Below, piece after piece: positions 59,501 to 64,000 of a DNA stretch of 64,000 nucleotides (position 1 is the first letter of the stretch; the number at the start of each line of letters is the position of its first letter). The position numbers and the translations under genes are program-made. The notes under the pieces were generated by a model. It saw only the letters and a list, made by a program, of their open reading frames with translations, did not search any database and was not told where the DNA came from. Origin of the DNA: an uncultured delta proteobacterium (GTDB lineage: Bacteria; Myxococcota_A; Polyangia; Fen-1088); assembly GCA_963737265.1 (NCBI GenBank), contig CAVTRY010000016.1, forward strand, positions 96,001 through 160,000, in the 5' to 3' direction.

Positions 59501-59626
59501 GACGCCGACCGAGCCAGGCTGGGCGACCGACACGAGCAGGAGGTGCGAGTTGCAGCTGATCGACGCGCCGACCAGGGCCACTGCCGTGAACCCGATGCGC
59601 AGGTACTTCCAGACGGAGGAATTCAT
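56567..59626 (-). CDS. Glycoside hydrolase family 8 lipoprotein with repeated N-terminal modules
   Basis: Lipobox SISC; TVSEGQGYGM, LMGW, SAFDGDVDI..L..A..QW, YYPPGYFRVF. Confidence 0.85.
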   Translation of the reverse strand: MNSSVWKYLRIGFTAVALVGASISCNSHLLLVSVAQPGSVGVTDETTVAAPPPVGLSDAGLPSLFPPVNLKPDGGTGSPDTTPPVETLTCPPGQVRVHVRDLWSAGVTPTMNTMASPPLGVVIIDPSGSYSTYAARLDGSTDINGNPPCTYYSVCIPSKVTKIQIEPIGADACAASNASGAFDITSVNQSKEFWIEYTGPSSSLTGDYSAYPNVPIGSGKFHVTSDSSTLAALACKIGTPPDETIPTGYTKIHFRWPWSDPVKTGYPGSGCGDAKLGFSPPPYPGSIAVKGFGCTMAAVLEFQDGQCPWYYVMVPNSVWPTTGTEPQITFRYPDESVGLYTPGITLPPRTAKEYWIAYTGAPDNTSASIPMCQDWSLQSNTYFVYTADPGPGCGGSTVTVDPCNPPQPPNYHSLHFRYIWAGQKTFTFFPKPELMPQWIEMEVTAGNTLEVICYREQDRPWFNCPVPDAYFVAGATWRAVDKTHNPEWNTVTARPLPTTAADYWLRWYYGKPDIPRTVDPPNFMFFNYYPDGTNGDWSATGNWNDSMCAPKPPATPVTVGFNNGAWFPYNRTQYAYPYGGSLAYIYPQTSTVQDLFNAFVWERYGIWKQNYIVDDACNKGDARVHTDPPETVSEGQGYGMAIAAAIGDKDLVGRLWMFARAYMSQNAKKYCGGLMGWMWQSAQNCRPLDTPCDPDHEGCGGNDDSAFDGDVDIGIGLVYAALQWPADYKQAAIDWLTKMECEINTKYDGVWNYPSSGDTDGKNCQNYPGQPCSYTPGFPNKIYMDYYPPGYFRVFGDYLAANVPAGQTAANGQSHHDFWYKVAETVYQMLEECYDQPGLNPGLVGDTGDAKTPCADVNLGTYEGLRSLWRVGIDAAWFGNAVLPENAANSSPHFGPKSRMQAKIDNTQQFFNNFYKNNPVEANANRFSSICDNLHGDGTVANCDPGQGHNSYTVNMAMCNYVSLFNDGNATTSDIRREAIEEAISTTIENDRYFQESLGVYSDLFLTGNFPNPMTVPAQ

Positions 59627-59856
59627 GAATATCACCCGATATAGATAACATCGGTTCCGGGGCGATTGGGAATAAGCCGATGGCAAGCAACCCAACCCAC
59701 CTTTCCGTGCGGTCTTACCGTGCGGTCTTGGCGCCCGAAAAGATGCGAATGCCGCCGGTCGACCGCTCCTTTTCGCTTCCACTGCCTGGCAATGGTGCAT
59801 ACCGCCAGGTACTGTGGGTTGGGCGCGCAAATTCGTCCAAAACGCCGACAGTCTCG

Positions 59857-61218
59857 ATGAAGCCAGGCAACGAAAAGCTGAGCGCACCGCGCGAGGAGCT
59901 ACGCGTGTTGCTGCGGCTATCGTTGCCTCTTATGGCATCCCAGGTCGGGATGATGTTGCTTGGGGTCGTGGAGACGATCATCGTGGGGCGGGCGGGGACC
60001 ACGGCGCTGGCGGCCGTGTCGCTTGGCAACGTGTGGAGCCAGGGCACGATTCTGGTGGCGATGGGCGTGGTGATGGGTGCGGATCCGCTTCTCAGTCAGG
60101 CCTACGGAGCGGGCGATAACCGGACTGCGGCCCTGACCTTTCAGCGCGGCCTGGTCTTGTCCATGCTTCTCGGCGTGCCGCTGTCGGTGCTGTGGCTGTT
60201 CACGCAGCCGGTGCTGTCCGGCCTGGGCCAGGAGCCCGGCCTGTCTCGCCTGGCGGCCACCTTCGTCGCGGTGCAAGCCCCCACCGCCTTCGGCTTCCTG
60301 GTCTTCACCCTGACTCGGCAGTACCTAGCGGCCCGCGGCGTCGTGGCTCCCGCGCTGTGGGTCGTGTTGGTGGTGAACGTGCTCAACGCCGGTCTCACCT
60401 GGTGGCTGGTGTTTGGCGGAACCGGGCTGCCGGCCGTGGTCGGCGCGGGCTTGGCGGGCGGAGGCGTGCGCCTGATCCTGCCCGCCATGTTGCTCGGGCT
60501 GATCTTCTGGTCCGGCCTGCACCGTCCGGCGTGGACCGCCTGGGGCCGCGAGTCATTCGACTGGCGCCGCATCGGCCGCATCGCCTGGCTCGGCCTGCCC
60601 ATCGGCGTGCAGTTCGGCCTCGAAGTGTGGGCCTTCCAGATTTCCACCCTGGTAGCCGGGAAACTGGGCGAGGTGCCGCTCGGCGCGCAGGCCATCGTGC
60701 TCAACCTGGCGTCGTTCAGCTTCATGTTTCCGCTCGGCATCTCCACCGCGGCCAGCGTGCGCGTGGGCAATTTGATCGGGGCGGGCGACGAGGTCGGCGC
60801 CCGGCGAGCCGCACGCCTGGCCCTGCTGCTAGGCGCGGGCGTCATGTCGCTGTTCGGCGCCGCCTTCCTTCTGCTGCGCTGGCAGTTGCCCCACCTGTAC
60901 GGCGCCGAGCCGGCCGTGACCGCCCTGTGCGCCCGCGTCCTGCCCATCGTGGCCGCGTTTCAAATGCTCAACGGCACGCAAGTCGTGGCCAGCGGCATCC
61001 TACGCGGCCTCGGCCGCACCAAGCCCGCCGCGGTGATGAACTTCGGCGGCTACTACGTTCTGGCCCTGCCGCTGGCCTACTACCTTAGCCTCCGCCGCGG
61101 CTTGGGATTGCAAGGCGTGTGGTGGGGCCTGGCCGCAGGTTTGCTGTTCGTCACGACCGGCCTACTGACCCTGGTCCTGCGCGAGCGCGCCTACCACGCC
61201 CGGCGCACGCGGACGTGA
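59857..61218 (+). CDS. MATE family efflux transporter
   Basis: LSLPL..SQ, LSQAYGAG, LGLPIG, SVRVGNLIGAG, GILRGLG.T. Confidence 0.93.
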   Translation: MKPGNEKLSAPREELRVLLRLSLPLMASQVGMMLLGVVETIIVGRAGTTALAAVSLGNVWSQGTILVAMGVVMGADPLLSQAYGAGDNRTAALTFQRGLVLSMLLGVPLSVLWLFTQPVLSGLGQEPGLSRLAATFVAVQAPTAFGFLVFTLTRQYLAARGVVAPALWVVLVVNVLNAGLTWWLVFGGTGLPAVVGAGLAGGGVRLILPAMLLGLIFWSGLHRPAWTAWGRESFDWRRIGRIAWLGLPIGVQFGLEVWAFQISTLVAGKLGEVPLGAQAIVLNLASFSFMFPLGISTAASVRVGNLIGAGDEVGARRAARLALLLGAGVMSLFGAAFLLLRWQLPHLYGAEPAVTALCARVLPIVAAFQMLNGTQVVASGILRGLGRTKPAAVMNFGGYYVLALPLAYYLSLRRGLGLQGVWWGLAAGLLFVTTGLLTLVLRERAYHARRTRT

Positions 61219-61565
61219 TCCGAAACATGGCCGATCTTCTGACGGGCGGAACTAGGGCCGCGCCTTTTTTTCAAATCCATCAATCCCACGCTTCCCACAT
61301 CCGCGTATTTTAGTATTGTAGTGGCAGATAGCTTTAACCCGGAAGCCCGTTAGTTGTTTTGCGGGACCGAGGCCGAGTTCAGGTAAGCGGAATTTCGGGG
61401 TTCCTAGCCGTCTTCTGAAAAACCACGAAAATTGTCCCTTCCGCGACCAGGGCTCGTGCCCTGAGCGCACGCCGCCCGACGCGCGGCCTTCTCCGCGCGA
61501 ACCGGCTATGTGTGCCCGGTGCATGGCTAACGGTCGCATGCCCAACCCAAGACTGGAGATCCGCC

Positions 61566-63758
61566 GTGAAATATCGCCCCCTTTGGAAGCATCTCGTACT
61601 TGCGCTTGCCCTGATTGGCGCCTGCGCGGGCAACAACACAGGCTCGAAGAAGGCCAACGCCGGCGGAGCCACGGCCGGCTCTGGCGGAAGCCAAGGCAGC
61701 GGCGGCCGAACCAGCCCGTCGGGTTCGGGCGGCACAACGACCAGATCCTCCAACACGGTCACCGTGGTCCTGACCGCCACCTCGTCGCAAACCGCGACGG
61801 GAACCATCACCAACTCGACCACGGCTACCGGCACCGCGACGGCCGCCACCACCGCCACGATCACGACGACCAGCACCTCGGGGACATCGGGCACGGCCAC
61901 TGTCACCAGCATCGCCACCGTGACCACGACCACGACGCAAACCGGCACCTCGACTGGAATCGTCACCACCATCAGCAGCGGGACGTCGACTGCGAGCCTC
62001 GGTCCCGCGCCAACCTACGTGCCGCCCACCTACACCACCAATCCCATTCCCACCGGCAGCGCGCCGGTGCTCGTGGACAACACCGGCAAATGGCACACCT
62101 TCGTGGATCCCGCCACCGGCCGCTACAGTTTCGTGGATCCCAAGGGTTACGTCCGCGTGCTTCGCGGGGTCTCGATGACCGGCATGGAGTCCGGCACGCC
62201 GGGCGATGCCTCGGGCGGCGGCTACTGGATGTACGATCCCAAGGGCAATGGCACGGCCCAGGGAATCATGGAGAACGTGGTCACCGCGCTCGACCAGACC
62301 TGGAATCCAGCGATCATCCGCGTTCCCATCTGCGGCTCGGCCTGGAACACGCCGTACATGGTGCACGATTGGAGCGGCAATGACCTAATGAACTATCGTG
62401 ACTGGGTCGACGTGGTCGTGAAGAAGGAACGCGCTCTCGGCCGGGTGGTCATCATCGATCTACACCTGTGGCAGATCGCACCGCTGTCGAGCGCGGGCAA
62501 AGGAACCACGCGCATCAACGACCAGACCGGCCAGCCCTACACCGGTCGCGTGGACGGCTGCATCGGCTACCAAAAGCTGAACAAAAAGGACACCTGCGCC
62601 ACCGCCGACTGGGATCAGACCGATGCCCACAACTGGACCTGCACGGTGGCCAACGCCGAAGGCATCACCCTGCAAAACGCCCACTACAATCGCGAAAAGA
62701 TCGCCAAGATGTGGTCGCAAATCGCCGCACGCTACAAGGGCGACAGCGGCGTGTTCTTCGAGCTGTTCAACGAACCCTACGAACAGGTGGACACCGGCGC
62801 CGCCTTCGGCACCGACGCCATCGCGGTGAACAAAACCTTCCCGGCCGAGGGAAGCTACGACTGGGACATGTGGACCACGGTCATGAACCGCTGGCTCACC
62901 GCCGTGCGCGACGAGGGCGGCGCGGACAACGTCGTGCTCATCAACGGCCTCATGTGGGGTTACGCCTTCCACGGTCCAATTGCAAACCCGGACAAATACC
63001 TGCCCTGGGTCGCGAAGGGCTACAAGAACATCGCCTACGGCTTCCACCCGTACCAACACGGCACTTGCTGCGGCGACGTGGGCGTGGACCAGGACCTCAG
63101 CAAGACCGATCCCTACCATCTCACCATGTGCCGCTACTTCAAGAACGGCACGGTCCAATCGCCGGCGCCGCTCGTCAGCTATCTTCCGTCGAGCCAGCCC
63201 AGCCTCCCGATGTACTGCGGAACCATCGGCTACGAGCCCACGCGTCCCATGGGCATGCCGCCGTGCCACTGGATCGACGGCGCCTACAACCCGAACGGCG
63301 GCACCGGTATGTGCGTAGGCCAGCCGGACGTGTGCGAGCCGTTAACCAAGGATCAGTGCAACGCGGTCGATCGTTCCTCGCCCAGCGCGGGCGGCTGGTC
63401 GCGCTACGTCTTGCCCATGACGAAGTTCGGTCCCGTCATCGCCACCGAATTCGGCTCGTTCGACTGCAGCTCTCCGTTCGTGACCGAGTTCATGAACTAC
63501 TCGGATACCTACGGTGTGTCGTACACGGCATGGGCGCTGTGGCCGCAAAATAACGGCGGTACGTTAAACATGGGCTCGTGTTCGTACCCGTCCATCAACG
63601 AGGCCTTCCCGAATCTGAACACGCCATACGATACCGATTTCAAGGCTTGCCGAGATTCTTCGGCCTGCACCAAGGCGATGGCGCTGCCCATGCGCTGGGC
63701 GGGCCAGGTCGTGTTCGAAAACATCCGCAAGCACGCCAACGAACGCGCCTCGAACTAG
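61566..63758 (+). CDS. Glycoside hydrolase family 5 (cellulase-like) lipoprotein
   Basis: GGAG RBS + GTG; lipobox IGAC; Thr-rich linker; IRVP, IIDLH, FELFNEP, FHPY, IATEFG, AW. Confidence 0.88.
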   Translation: MKYRPLWKHLVLALALIGACAGNNTGSKKANAGGATAGSGGSQGSGGRTSPSGSGGTTTRSSNTVTVVLTATSSQTATGTITNSTTATGTATAATTATITTTSTSGTSGTATVTSIATVTTTTTQTGTSTGIVTTISSGTSTASLGPAPTYVPPTYTTNPIPTGSAPVLVDNTGKWHTFVDPATGRYSFVDPKGYVRVLRGVSMTGMESGTPGDASGGGYWMYDPKGNGTAQGIMENVVTALDQTWNPAIIRVPICGSAWNTPYMVHDWSGNDLMNYRDWVDVVVKKERALGRVVIIDLHLWQIAPLSSAGKGTTRINDQTGQPYTGRVDGCIGYQKLNKKDTCATADWDQTDAHNWTCTVANAEGITLQNAHYNREKIAKMWSQIAARYKGDSGVFFELFNEPYEQVDTGAAFGTDAIAVNKTFPAEGSYDWDMWTTVMNRWLTAVRDEGGADNVVLINGLMWGYAFHGPIANPDKYLPWVAKGYKNIAYGFHPYQHGTCCGDVGVDQDLSKTDPYHLTMCRYFKNGTVQSPAPLVSYLPSSQPSLPMYCGTIGYEPTRPMGMPPCHWIDGAYNPNGGTGMCVGQPDVCEPLTKDQCNAVDRSSPSAGGWSRYVLPMTKFGPVIATEFGSFDCSSPFVTEFMNYSDTYGVSYTAWALWPQNNGGTLNMGSCSYPSINEAFPNLNTPYDTDFKACRDSSACTKAMALPMRWAGQVVFENIRKHANERASN

Positions 63759-64000
63759 CGTTGTAACCTGCCAGGGAGGATCGTTAAGCAAGGTTAGACC
63801 GTCAAAACGCGGTCGGCGTGGGTGCGTGCGAGCAGCATGTGTTTTTCACCACTGGGTGCTCTGTGACTTTGTGGTGAAAACCAGGCGCGTCACGGCCACC
63901 CTGGCCAGGCCCGATGGCGTTGCGGACTCCGCCGGTCTGCTAAAGTTGGCGTGACGTGCTCACACTCACCAACACAATCACCAGGGTCATCGTCCCTCCG

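Noticed and set aside
61219-61565. Riboswitch or ncRNA upstream of GH5
   Set aside because: No recognisable consensus by eye, only a weak hairpin with a T-run near 61245-61272; would need an Rfam scan.

Overview
GC-rich, Myxococcota-like window with four parts. (1) 1-18.6 kb: a PAS hybrid kinase, desaturase/Rieske/hydroxylase genes, and a tightly coupled minus-strand type II FAS-like operon (2 ACPs, PPTase, FabF, KS-like protein, hot-dog dehydratase, flavin monooxygenase, MDR reductase) headed by a Tes/MJ0619-like radical SAM enzyme and a truncated PAP2 gene. (2) 18.6-21.5 kb: a compositionally different, frameshift-rich segment (DUF2723-like gene, rlmD-like gene, CBS fragment) with broken genes at both ends, probably an assembly chimera. 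(3) 21.5-47.4 kb: a tandem array of six 5'-truncated Rhs cassettes, five ending in a toxin tip plus immunity gene (three toxin families). At each of the five inter-cassette junctions sits the same element: direct repeats of a CG-N5-7-GGTGCCAG(G/A)GT(C/T)TT motif with a fixed left end and variable length, a Y1/HUH (RAYT-like) transposase gene or its decayed derivative (absent only at the first junction), and a leader fused in frame to the next rhs. This candidate HUH-driven toxin-cassette shuffling system is the main find. (4) 47.6-64 kb: ordinary genes (methyltransferase, amtB, dgt, MATE, GH8 and GH5 lipoproteins). All calls come from reading motifs by eye; no database search was run.
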